Assembly: GCA_964016885.1 (NCBI GenBank)
Contig: OZ024742.1
Coordinates: forward strand, 232,314,001-232,378,000
Direction of reading: 5' to 3'
DNA: 64,000 nucleotides
Source: Eledone cirrhosa
Lineage: Eukaryota
Shown here piece by piece: positions 12,145-25,497 of the stretch. How positions within the stretch are numbered: position 1 is the first letter of the stretch; every line of letters starts with the position of its first letter. Below the pieces are notes generated by a model that saw only the letters and a program-made list of their open reading frames with translations, ran no database searches and had not been told where the DNA came from. The translations under genes were made by a program, and so were the position numbers.

Positions 12145-14804
12145 TGTAGCAAGCTACTTTCCTTTGGCGCATTGATACCATTTCCGTACGTTGTTTGGCT
12201 GAATTCAGCCAATCGCTACCAGCGTAGGGAAATGTATCTCAACTTCTACCCAAATGGAGAAACGCTTTTTTTCAATAAACTCTCTCTCTTGCAGCTCGAC
12301 ACCGTTAAGGTAAACACCTCTTGATTTTGTTCCTCAAGCATAAACAATATGTAACGACAAAACATCACTACGGGCCTGGCTAACGCCTCAGCCAGTTGAC
12401 CGTACCTTCTCAAACCTTAATTTTGTTTGTTCATTTCTTTTGGCATGCCAGCCCAGCTAACGTAGCTCTTCTCGCAATGTCTGTATGTCTGATGTCTGCA
12501 TCACGACATTATGACGCTTTGTGTGTGTATATATGTATATATATAGTGTGTGTGTATATATATATATAGTGTGTAACGTTTTTCGAAATATTTACTTCTG
12601 CGTTCACAGATTGATTTTTTTTAGGTTCAGAAGATCCCGTTAAGGGTGAAAGCAGCGATTCTTTGCTTAAACTTTAATCTGTTATTTTAATATATATATA
12701 TATATATATAATTATATATTCGTGTACAGATATTTTTGTATACACAATAACAAAATATAAACAAACATATATCTTATAAGTTGAGCCAACTTATGCAGCT
12801 TCATATGCAAATGAGATTAAACACCTCATTTACACAGACGAGAAAACTATATATTTTCGGCTGTTTTCAAGTCCGGCAGTCGCAAGCGGTGGGAGGGATC
12901 GTCCTGACGAAGGCCAGTTAAGCCTAAAATGCATAGACGGTTGTCCCCCTAGCTTCTGCTGGACATCACCAGAGGGCGTCAGTCCCACAGTGTTTGCATA
13001 GCTACGGCTTCCTAAAACCCTATTTCTTTGGAAATGCGAAATTTCTATACATCTTATTAAATACTTCTTCATTGGTGACCCGTCGCGGGAACATTTTCGA
13101 ACTAAATGTTCCTCTAAAAAAAAAAAAAAGAAGTAGTATTTTAAAAAAGAAAACAACACGGAAGCTTTCTTGTATTGAATTGTGCCAACACACAATGTGA
13201 AAACTTTCTTGTTGATAACATGACATCACTTTTTTTACCTTCAATGAACCTGCCTAAGAAAACATTCTTTGAGGAAAAATTAGCTGTATTTTAAAAAATT
13301 ATAGCGCGAGAAAATTTTTATTCAATATGGCTTCCATTGACATCAACATCAACAAAATTGACAGCAGCAGCAACAGCGACACATTGGTTAACCACTAACC
13401 ATAAACACGGGAAAAACGATGTGGCAGCTTTATAGCCTTACCGACACAACCCACCGCACCTTAGAATCACGGGATTACAGCTACAATTACGACAACTACT
13501 ACACACCAACAGATCCAACTTGCTTTATTTTCAAAGCAACTTTAGCCATTTTTTCTGGCTGCCAAGCAATTTCGGCATTCATCTGGGAGGTCGACAATTT
13601 CTTGCCTACCCATCATCTCCTTGCCAGCACCTGCGAATATTGACTCACATTTTATGGCCGCATAACAGCCATCCTAGAGTTGTTGGATCTCTCTTCGCCG
13701 GAATTAGCAATGGGCAAATGCAGATACCTGCTCGTACACACCTACTGGTAAACTACCATAACATCTTCATCCACACAGCTCTGATATAATATTTACTATA
13801 ATAGCTTCATCTACGCAGCTCTGGTATAACACTTACCATAACAGCTACACAACTCTGGTACAACAATTACCATAACAGCTACACAGCTCTGGTAAAACAA
13901 TTACCATAACAACTAACATTTAATGCAAGAACAGCAAATTTTCGCCCATGTCGGACTTTATCCGTTTTCTGTTAGACCCCGCTAGTCATTTGACACAGCG
14001 GCTTAACAAAGCCCTTAGCGTCTCACAATTTTTCTTCTTGCATGCATTCTTTTGTTCAAATTTTTTCATCGGTGTGCTCTCTTTCAGCGTTTTCTTACTG
14101 GATCAATGCGAATTCAATCTTATTTATCGTCCTTCCGGACTAAATGGTGGGGGTATTGTAGCAAGCTACTTTCCTTTAGCGCATTGATACCCCCTTTCCG
14201 TACGCTGTTTGGTTGAGTTCAGCCAGTCGCTACCAGCGTAGGGAAATGTATCTCAACTTCCGCCCAAATGGAGAAATTCCCGCTTTTTTTCAATAAACTC
14301 CCTCTCTCTCTCTTGCAGCTCGACACCGTTAAGGTAAACACCTCTTGATTTTGTTTCTCAAGCATAAACAATATTATGTAACGACAAAACATCACTACGG
14401 GCCTGGCTAACGCCTCAGCCAGTTGACCGTACCTTCTCAAACCTTAATTTTGTTTGTTCATTTCTTTTGGCATGCCAGCCCAGCTAACGTAGCTCTTCTC
14501 GCAATCTTTGTTAATAAATTATATTAAAACGTTGTAAAGTCTTATGATGTTATCTATATATCTAAAACAGATAATATCTGTCTGCCTGTCTGACTCCCTA
14601 AAACTCGAGAACCACCGAAACGATTTTTTCAAACTTTACACATGTAATACTTATGGTAGTGTGAGTGTTTTGAGCAAAGAATATTTCCAATTTGCAATGT
14701 CCTAGGGACCGCATTAGACGCCGAACGTCGTGCCTTTATAATATTTGTCTGTATGTCTGGCTGTCTGCATTACGACATTATGACGCTATCTGTGTGTGTA
14801 TATA

Positions 14805-14883
<79 letters not shown>

Positions 14884-15744
14884 TGTGTGTGTATATATAT
14901 ATAGTGTGTAACGTTTTTCGAAATATTTACTTCTGCGTTCACAGATTGATTTTTTTAGTTTCAGAAGATCCCGTTAAGGATGAAAGCAGCGATTCTTTGC
15001 TTAAACTTTATCTGTTATTTTAATATATATATAATTATATATTCGTGTACAGATATTTTTGCATACACAAAAACAAAATATAAACAGCAGCAAAAACAAC
15101 AACAAAAAAGAGAGGGAACGCAATTACATGCTTTTGAAAAATCGTAATGGAAAATTATTTGCCTATTCACCGAAGGCGACTTCACTTTTCATTAGGACTT
15201 CTGCATCAATTGGTGAACATACGACGAAACATTGAAAGGAGTAAGACAACACCACTCTCTACCACTGCAGTCCCACATGCTTACTGCTCTGTAACTATTG
15301 CTTTCATTGTACCATAGCACAACAAATACATGTTCCGTTTGTCGAATGCCTTTTTACTTAACCCTATCGTCTTAGCTTTCGTGGATTGGACATTTTACTT
15401 TCAGGCACCCAATTAAGTTTAAACCCCTGGTAATCTACGACGAATTTTTTTTATAAGTACAAAATGTAGACACCATCTCGAGGCCGAGGTATTCAGTACT
15501 TCTCTGTACTGTTTCAGAAAGGAGGGATAAACATGCCAATCTATGTTTAGAATCCCGAGCAACGCCGGGCCATTCTGCTAGTATACTACTAAAATGGTGA
15601 ATAATAGATGCTGCTATACTGATAACATAATACATCATCATCTTATGTTATAAACTGCTTCACTGGTGACTTCTATTGATACACAATACACAAATACAAA
15701 TATTAACATTCCCACATACATATATCTTATTAAATACTTCTAAA
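12145..15744 (+). mobile_element. Non-autonomous LTR element nested in the Gypsy RT
   Basis: LTRs start TGTAGCAAGCTAC at 12145 and 14157 and end TTATTAAATACTTCT(TCA/AAA) at about 13071 and 15744; PBS TGGTGACCCG about 13073; PPT GGTGGGGGT; GTAC TSD; non-coding internal region with a 32-37-bp minisatellite at 13750-13915. Confidence 0.8.
14553..15581 (+). mobile_element. Non-autonomous Helitron inside the 3' LTR
   Basis: A|TCTATATAT start; CCCGAGCAACGCCGGG hairpin then CTAG|T end. Confidence 0.85.
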
Positions 15745-16290
15745 GTACCTTTTGTGTTCCTCATGGGATGTGCTAGCTACCAGCATATCATCAATATACG
15801 CGTAGACGAAGGGTAAACCACGTCCGACTGTGTCGATGAAACGCCGGAAGGTTGATGCAACATTGCATAAACCGAATGGCATCCTAAGAAACTCGAAGAA
15901 ACTAAAAGGGGTAATAATGGCCGTTTTCGGAATATCCTCAGGTTCAATTGGTTGTACGCCCGCACGAGGTCGTCTTTCGAAACGACTCTATCTCCGTGTA
16001 GGGTAGCAGAGAAACCCTGTATGTGAGGCACCGGGTACTTATCAGGTTTTGTGCGTGTGTTAAGAAACCGATAGTCCCCACACGGTCGCCAGTCAGCTAC
16101 AGATTCCTTGGGAACTATGTGAAGGGGTGAAGACCAACTGCTACTGGATGGACCAACAACACCCCGTTCCAGCATATGATCGAACTCTAATTTAGCGATC
16201 TTATCGCAGTCAGAAGCGAGACACCGCGGTGTAGAAGAAAACCGAGGGTCCGCGGTCACAATATGATGCGTAAACTGTGGGTCACAGGCC
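15745..16290 (-). pseudogene. Gypsy reverse transcriptase remnant
   Basis: PSSSSWSSPLHIVPK...WRPCGDYRFLN..TKPDKYPVPHI, DLVRAYNQ, and YIDDMLV in a shifted frame. Confidence 0.92.
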
Positions 16291-16429
16291 GACTGTTAAA
16301 AATCGGGCGCCTGATGTCATGGTGCTTACGCAGAATAGCGTCGTATCTGCCGGGCTGCACTGGGTTAAAAAAACAACAGAACTGAACCAATCAGTCTGTT
16401 GTGTTTAACGTCCACCAGGAAACCAAAAT

Positions 16430-17456
16430 GATGTAGGAAATCCGCTCCTAGGATCGGAGTCGGCAACTTGCGATGACGAAAATCCACTGGAAAACTCGGC
16501 GGAGCCCAAGATCCAAGGTTAAGGACTTTTCTCCGCATGTGGATATAGAAGAGTGATTTGCCGCCTTGAGAAGGACTGCTGTGGGTTTCCTGTTGCCTGG
16601 GACCAGGGCAGATGGTATGACGCTAACCTCCTCCCCGGTGTCCACCAGAAACCGAACACTGGTTGATCGGTCACTAATATGAAACAGGCGACTAGGTTTG
16701 ACAGAGCCAGGTGTAGTTGCTGCCGTTAATACCTGGCCAGATCGTTTCCCGGAACATAACGGGAATCCACCCTAAAAGAACAGGGCAATGGGCATTTAAG
16801 GGCCCTTCCGTCGAATTTACGGTGGTACCAGCATATGGAATCGGTTGTCCGGGTATAACTCGGGTCTCGAGGGCGCTGATGGCAAGCAAGCTGAGATGGT
16901 TTGGTGTTACTGCGTGACTGTAGCTGCATTTTAGCCATAAGTGCGTCCTGTTTCTCCACCCGAGCCTGCTGAGTCGCTACCTGTCCACTGGTAAATTTTT
17001 TCTTCCTCATTTTCTCCTTCTTCTTCTTCCTCCTCGTCTTCTCCAAAAAGAAGACGAGGAGGAAGAAGAAGAAGGAGAAAATGAGGAAGAAAAAAATTTA
17101 CCAGTGGACAGGTGTGTGTCTCCTGGGCCACAAATGACAGTGGTGCTGCTACTTCCATGATTATATCGGCTGAATCTGCTAGCCCCTCGATTGAGGTGGA
17201 TGTTTCACTGGCCGCCAAAATGCTGCGAGTTGCTGACGATAGCCTTTGTAGGAACAGTTGTTTCAGGATGGCCGGATCCATGGAATTTTCCCCCCAACAG
17301 TTGCTTTAGCCGTGTTAAGAACTGTGACGGTTTCTTATCGCCTAATTCCTCTGAATAAAACAGCTGGTTAATTCGTTGCTGCTGAGAGACGGATGTCCGC
17401 TTTATGAGTTCGGACCTTAATGTGGCATATGAAAATGAGTCTGGTGGTAGTTCCAT
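16430..17456 (-). pseudogene. Gypsy gag plus aspartic protease remnant
   Basis: Y..L...LI.RTS.S.QQR..QL...EELGD.KPSQFL; LKQLFLQRL; CWYHRKF...A.KC..PC; protease FLVDTG..VSVIP. Confidence 0.88.
16979..17113. repeat. Near-perfect 64-bp-arm foldback inserted in gag
   Basis: ACCTGTCCACTGGTAAA...CGTCTTCT - CCAAAA loop - AGAAGACG...TTTACCAGTGGACAGGT. Confidence 0.9.
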
Positions 17457-19007
17457 ATTGTTTGTAGATAGTCCGTTGAAGTGAAGCTTGGTAAATATTA
17501 ATTAATCGAAGCAAACTTATTGTAAACAGTTCAATCACGGCGGGGTCACCAATTGAAGTGAAGCGAAGTTAGTGGTTGTTGTTGAAGATGAATAAACATG
17601 ACAAATAGAGTAGTGTTGCTTAAATATAAAATTGACTTCACTCAGTAAAAAAAGGAAAAATGAATATGATTACTTCGAATAATAAAAAAAAAAAAGTTGA
17701 ATGGAAACATTCGCAAATGAATACTGTGTTTGAGAAGTCCTTTTCGTTTTGTTGGAGAAGCTTTGTTTTATATGCGTATCATCAGCATAGATAGTAGTAC
17801 AAGCGCAGAGACAAAGAACCGTGTCGTCTACTTCAATAGCAGAATATTCTCGGTCAATCAGGATCATAGGACAGCCTATTAACAGATGGCTTCCTGTTAT
17901 GTTCTCCTTCATAGGAATGGTGCCATAAAACCTAGTCTGCCGAGAATGTATGTGTTGTCCTCCCTACGGGGTCGTAGTTCGCTTCTCGGTCATTTTTGGT
18001 AAATTAAGCCGTTAATGTTGAATACATTTTCTTCTTCTTTATCTTCTTCTTCTTTTTCTTTTTCTTCTTCTTCTTGAGAAGGTCCCGGTGAGAAGAGTCA
18101 TCTGCCCTCAACTTCCAACAAATCTCCCCCACTTCAGCCCCACAGTCATATTAAAAGTAACCGCCTCCCATTATTTGGCAGGATCAATTCAACTATGTTG
18201 CTCAGTCTTCTGTCGCTTCCTTCGATCCTTTCTTAAACATTCTCACCACACGTCCGAATTATGCACCTGTAGCGGAATATATGTATTCTTTTGTGGATGA
18301 ATGATAAAAAAAAAAGAATAATGCCAAAATTGTGATGTTGACAATGTTTATTTTACAATAACAATATTCATTTGTTGGTACATTGAACATCGAGTAATAA
18401 ACTTGTGGCAGCTATTATCACTATATTATTTGCTGGCTAACTACTTCAAGCTAGCGCGTATGCATGTATCAATACAGCGATAGAATAGACGTGAAATAAC
18501 AGGAAGACGAAAGATTAGTGAAAAACATAAGTAAACCTACTGCATGTATGTTTATGTTTTTCTATTCTGTCGTCGGTCAAATTGCCGAGCTGGTATTAAA
18601 TGTGAGGGCATTAGGCCAGGAGAGAGAAAGAGTAAAAGATCTGCTGATGTAGTCCGTAGCCGAGAAAGTGAGAGCCAGTAAGGCCAGGAGAGAGAGATAG
18701 AGTAAAAGTGAATTGGCTACATCGTTATTCTCTCACGGACTACTGCTTCGGCCTGGCTGCTAGATTTCCCAAGTTCTTGTATTTATAATAACCCTATAAA
18801 CCCTATAGCTAGAAGGATATGTATATGGGGTTGATTTATGATCAGCCATCTGTGTTTCCTCTGTCTACAAGCTGGGGGTCACAGGTCAAGTGGTATGTAC
18901 GTTAATCATATTTGTTTCTTGACAGGACAATCGTGGGAACTTCCCAACAATAGGTGGTCCCAGAGGCGAGAACTCTTAGATTCGGTTTCGAATCTTCGCC
19001 GGTAAAT

Positions 19008-19140
19008 TTAGAGGAGAATTCCGTTACACACCGCATCGAATAACGTTACTCCAAAAACCCTTCGGGGGAACCTCATTTCGGTCGCTTTTATTCGTGATCG
19101 TATTCGTTCGGTCATTACCCAAGATTTTTTCTTATGACCG
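19008..19140 (-). mobile_element. RTE-clade LINE fragment
   Basis: SWVMTERIRSRIKATEMRF.RRV.GVTLFD.V matches the RTE post-RT region. Confidence 0.65.
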
Positions 19141-19219
19141 AGTGCTGAAGCTGGCGCAAGGGCGGTGAATTGGCAGTGGATTTTTGTCATCGCAAGTTGC
19201 CGACTACAATTCTAGGTTT

Positions 19220-19360
19220 TACAGCATAGAGTTGTGGCCCTTTACGTTCTGAGTTCAAATCCCGCCGAGGTTAACTTTCATGCTTATGGGATCGATAAAA
19301 TAAAGTACCAATAATGCACCAGGTCATTGCTGGCCTTGTGCCAAAAGTAGAAAATTATTG
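19220..19360 (+). mobile_element. SINE, 5' truncated
   Basis: Same family as 8650-9280. Confidence 0.8.
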
Positions 19361-20144
19361 CACCAGCTCCTGTAATTCCTGCAATTGATTCAGTCTCTTG
19401 TCTTCCATCATTCATTTTGATTGGGTTTAATTAATTTTGGTGATCGATTTTTATTTTTGTCAAGGACATTGGTAACAGCGTGAGTTGAGAATAAAATGAT
19501 ATTAAATTCATCAACCCTAACTTTAATTTAGTTAATAAAATGATTGCAAGAATGATTTTGTTTTGCAAAATTTTATTGACCACTTAATCAAATTGACCAT
19601 TATGATTCATCAAAGGATATCCCAAGGTCTCATAAAGTTCCTTAATAACATTTAATTATATCTTTGAATGTTTCATTCTGCCATTGAAGTTGTAGTAATT
19701 TTCATGAAAAGGTAGTTGTTACCTTTTTGTTTGGTAAATTGTTTATTTTTAAATACTATTGCCACTAATACCTCAGAGAATCTATTTCATTCCTTACACA
19801 CTTATAGTTCATTCCAAGCAAAAACATAATGAGGAAAGGGATGGGAAACATTTTGGAAAGAATCTAGAGATAAGCTCTAAGATTTCAATCCTCCATTATT
19901 TCAACAAAATCTGTAAAGGTTTAAAACTCAACAGACACTGGATGAAGTTATAGGACGATACATGAACAAATTACCACAGATGAATTGTGTGATGTTGTGT
20001 GTGTAGCGATAGGGTCACGTCCATGTAACTGTTAAGATGTATTCTTCGTAGGATGAATGATGAAGAATTGTGATGTTGTTGACAACGTTTATTTGGTAAT
20101 AGTGAAATTCGTTTGTTTGCAAAAGTATCATTAAAAATGTATTT

Positions 20145-21646
20145 TCAGAAGTATTTAATCTATATATATATAAAACTGAGGATGTATGTCTGTGTGTGTG
20201 TGTGTGAGTTTGAATCCTTAAAACTTGAGAAGCACCCAACCGACTGTTTTCAAATTTTAGACATGTAATACTTATGCTTCAGGGAGTGTCCTGAGCATTA
20301 GGTGACTTAGCGATCTCTCTGTATAATTCTTAGTCTTTCTCTTTTTAGATAGATACATACATATAACGTCGCGCCCTTATATTATCTGTCTGTATGTCTG
20401 GCTGTCTGCATTACGTCACTTCCCACAATTCCATCTGCGTCAGGAACGTGCCCTTATAATATCTGTCTGTATATCTGGCTGTCTGCATTACGTCACTCCC
20501 CTGAGGATGTCTATGTGTGTGTGTGTCTGTGAGTTTGAATCCCTAAAACTCGAGAAGTACCCTATCGACTTTTTTCAAACTTTACATGTGTATTACTTAT
20601 GTTTCAGAGAGTGTTACGCACATACAAAAATTCAAATTTTTGATCCCCTAGGGCCCGCATTAGGTGAAAAACTGCGTTTTTCCAGCCTTTTAGGGGTTTT
20701 TTGAGGCGTTACGTCAGACCGATTTCCTTGAAATTGTAACTATGTATTAGTCAGTCTCTTATTCATAACGTGAGCAAAGAAAATCCAACTTTTTATGGCC
20801 TAGGGCCCGCATTAGGTGAAAAACTTCATTTTTTTCCAGCTTTTTAGGGCTCCTTTGAGGCGTTACGTCTAGCCAATTTTCCCGAAATTTCAAGGCATAT
20901 TATGCACATAAAAAAAATTCATTTTCTTGATCCCCTAGGACCCGCATTAGGTGAAAACCTGCATTTTTCCTGCTTCACCGAGGAAAATCTTAAAGATTAT
21001 CCAGCCATCAGAGTATTCGGTTTATTTTCTTTACATATTGTCCAGGCATGCAGTTTTTCCACGATTAGGTCTGTTGGCGGCCCGCGTTCCAAAATACCTT
21101 ATCCCGTGCAACGCGGGGTATCGCTGCTAGTAAGATATAAACGTGAATGATAATATTTGTATTTGTGTACTGTGTATCAACAGAAGTCGACATTTTAATA
21201 GTATAGTATTACTTTTAGCAGCGTGTAATATGTAACCAGAATATGTAAGATAAAATAATGTTGACGCCAATTTGTAGTTCGTTGTAACAGAATTTATTAA
21301 CAATGTTTAAGGTGAAAAGAGCTGTATTAAGCTTGATTGGTTGGCATGAGAAAGAAATGAACAAACCAATTAAGATCTGTAAGAGAAGATACGGTCCAGT
21401 GGCTGAAGGGAGAAGACAGGCCGCGGTATTGTTTTGTAGTTACATATTGGAATGATGTTTGCGGAGCAAAAGCAAATGGTTGTTTACCTTAGCAAGGTCA
21501 AGCTGCAAGAGAATTAATTTATCAAAATAAGCGGGAATTTCTCCATTTGGGCGGATAGCGATTGGCTTAACTCGTACGGAAACAACGTACAGCCAAACAA
21601 CGTACGGAAAGGGTATCAATGCGCCAAAGGAAAGTAGTTTGCTACA
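20145..21646 (-). mobile_element. Solo LTR of the 12145-15744 family, containing a Helitron
   Basis: Ends ...GTAGTTTGCTACA, the reverse complement of the TGTAGCAA LTR start; TATT(T) TSD; interrupts a repeat also present in reverse at about 27800-28130. Confidence 0.7.
20159..21130 (+). mobile_element. Non-autonomous Helitron
   Basis: A|TCTATATATAT start; CCCGTGCAACGCGGG hairpin then CTAG|T; internal CCTAGGGCCCGCATTAGG subrepeats shared with the 14553 element. Confidence 0.88.
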
Positions 21647-21799
21647 TATTTACCAAACTTCTGTTGGTGGGATGAATTTCGTTGGCCTGGTACCGAGAGA
21701 GATCAAGAGCGAGAGAAAGAGAGGAGGGGACAAAGGGGTTAGTGTGTGAGACAGTTGACTACTACATCTTAGCTGGTCGGTAGTAACCCTGCAACTGTC

Positions 21800-22595
21800 C
21801 TCTTTAACTCTGGAAACTGGCTATTTATCACTATCGATTATTCTCAATCCGGAAACGGAAACAAGCAGATGGCCGTTTGCTTGACATCTTTTCTGTTTCA
21901 TGTGGCTGGCCATAGCCGAAAAAGGCATTACCACATGATGATGAAGTATAATACCTTTCAGACCAATAGCAATAAGGGCTCTGGAAAAGGGTCCGGCCCG
22001 ACAAGTGTCCCGGGGCACTGCAGCATCGGCCCAGTGGTCGTCCTGCTACTGCACCAAATTTCAAGTTTAAGCGTTTGAATATTGGGTGCTGGAACGTTCG
22101 CACCTTATTAGATTCTCAGTCTTTTACAATACGCCGTGGAAGAAAATCAGCACTGGTAGTCAAAGAGCTGCAGCGATACAACATGAACGTAATAGCCTTG
22201 TCTGAAACGAAACACACTCTGAAGAAGACCACTTCACAGAATAGTTTGATGGTTACACCTTTTATTGGAGAGGAAGAGCAGAAGGATGTAAGAGGGAGGC
22301 TGGTGTTGCATTTGCCGTTAAGAATTATCTAGTTTCTAAGCTAAAGGAACTTCCATGGGGATTAACTGATCGCCTTATATCAATGAGAATTCCATTATAA
22401 AAGAACAGGTTTGTCATTCTAGTGAGTGTATACGCTCCAACCATGAGTTCCTCTGAGGACGTAAAACTCTGTTTTATCTCTCACTGAATGAATAATCCGC
22501 ACGATTCCTCAGGCTGACAAAGTTGTAATTCTGGGTGACTTCAACGTTATAGTTGACAAGTATTATAAAACCTGGGATGTGCTCGGAAAACAGGG
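21800..22595 (+). mobile_element. RTE LINE 5' fragment (AP endonuclease remnant)
   Basis: NIGCWNVRTLLD...RKSALV.KEL.RYN..VIALSET; GYTFYWRG; GVAFAV; LVSVYAPT; ILGDFN; frameshifted. Confidence 0.88.
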
Positions 22596-22785
22596 AGTTT
22601 ATATTCCACTTCCTATGTGATAACGGTAAATCACTTACTTAATCACTTGCATCATAATGAACACTTATTCACTTACTTGTACACCCACATTCTCTGGTCA
22701 CCCTGTATTAGGCACATCAATCTTCTTTCGCCTACATTCTACACAACAGTGACCACACAACTTAGAAACCCACAAGTTAGTACAC

Positions 22786-22871
<86 letters not shown>

Positions 22872-22875
<4 letters not shown>

Positions 22876-23036
22876 GGAGGCTTAGTAAAATTGAATCTTC
22901 GGCGGTGTGCAAGCAAATTCACTCGACAAGGTAGGTCCTTAGAGTAATAACATACGTTTAAATAGCTTGACAAATTGAACATTGTGGCAGGCAAAATATA
23001 ACAGACAATACCAAAGTAACGAAAGAACTAACAGGT
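22872..23036 (-). repeat. Isolated diverged copy of the first ~200 bp of the 620-bp repeat, in (TA)n
   Basis: Reverse complement of CTGTTAGTTC...TTCCAATT with the same end points and an internal deletion. Confidence 0.8.
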
Positions 23037-23094
23037 TATATATATATATATATATATATATAAGTTTTTCGCTCTACATGGCTGAATACAATAA

Positions 23095-23439
23095 ATGTAA
23101 TCTGAGTTTTTCGAATATTAATAATAATATTCGATTCGTTTGCAATTATGCAAACAAGCCTCATTTTTAAAGCCATCTCAGTAGAATGAATCCCTTATTC
23201 TTGCTCTTGTGTTGGCATGTAAACAGAACTGCAGACACTAATGTTTCTGGGTATTACCCTTCATCAGTACAGTTCACTGTTCACCCGCCAACTGTCAGAA
23301 GTAGTGAAAATATATTATATTTTCTAAAAGAAGAGCCAGAATGAAGGGCTCATTCTACTGACATGGCTTTAAAAATGAGGCTTGTTTGCATAATTGCAAA
23401 CGAATCAAATATTATTATTAATATTCGAAAAACTCAGAT

Positions 23440-23443
<4 letters not shown>
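23095..23443. mobile_element. Penelope-type inverted terminal repeat unit in (TA)n
   Basis: About 113-bp inverted arms at 23095-23208 and 23331-23443 around a hammerhead. Confidence 0.75.
23226..23275 (-). ncRNA. Type I hammerhead ribozyme
   Basis: Minus strand GAACTGTA-CTGATGA-AGGGTAATACCCA-GAAA-CATTAGTG-TC-TGCAGTTC: 8-bp stem I, GGGT/ACCC stem II, GUC cleavage site. Confidence 0.85.
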
Positions 23444-23497
<54 letters not shown>

Positions 23498-24453
23498 TAA
23501 ATCTACCAAAATGTACGGTAGTGTCCAATCCGTATGAAGAACTCAATGTAATCCGGATATCATGAAAAGAGAAGATGCATTCAAAAACTACTTTCGGTGA
23601 AAAATAAACGGAAAACAGAGTCAAGATAAATTAATAAAATAATGAATAAACAAAGAAACAGTTCCTTATATTAAACAAATTCATCATTTTACGATCGTTT
23701 CTAGGATATATATGTGTTAGAGTTGGTATGCATATTCTATAGATCTATGTACAATATTTATACAAACTATCAGAGGGAATATACATACCTACACATATAT
23801 ATGCTGTCTTCAGAAATAATGATATTTGTTTATTGAAAAAAACAAAGATTCAATACAATAGGTCTGTTTGGGAACAGGTTTTGAATTGACCAATAGAGAG
23901 ATAGTGAGGGTCAGGATAGTAATATAGTAGTAGAAGAACCTTAAATTATGGGTAGAGGAAGGTAGATTTCAGTTTTGGATGGAAAAGAATATTATGAATG
24001 AAGGATTATTTTAGGGAAGAAATAGGTCCTATGCTGACCTCAGAAATAATTTTATTTTTTCATTGAATAAAACCAACAAAGATCTAATATATTCTGTCTG
24101 TTTGGTAAGAGGTTTAGAATTAACCAATAGAAAGTTAATAATTGGCCAAATGGTAAAATAGTAGTAATTGAAGCTTATTTTAGGGGTGAAAATAGGTCAG
24201 GTGGTCAGTAAAAGGTATACAAGCAGTTGCTGTTATAAAATAGTAATGCCAATACAAATATCTAAGGTGACTAAAGTTTTAAGATAAGAATGTTAGTGAA
24301 AAAAATACATCTATGAAAAGAATATAAATTAATTTAATTGATGGGTATATTTATATTGATAAAATTATACTAATACATATAGATATGATAAATAAGAGTT
24401 AGATGCAGTTGAAGAGTGCTGTTAAAGATGAGGGGAAATTAAAAGAATATAAA

Positions 24454-25493
<1,040 letters not shown>

Positions 25494-25497
<4 letters not shown>

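Larger units (their letters stand above)
9291..17975 (-). mobile_element. Degenerate Ty3/Gypsy LTR retrotransposon with nested insertions
   Basis: Homologous LTRs at 9291-~10055 and 17554-~17975; PBS TGGTGACCCCG at 17539-17551 (-); PPT GGAGGGGGAA near 10061-10070 (-); domain order gag-PR-RT-RH-IN. Confidence 0.92.

Noticed and set aside
23683-23775. Possible minus-strand hammerhead (CTGATAG...GAAACGATCGTA)
   Set aside because: Core is mutated and stem I does not pair; at best a dead relic.
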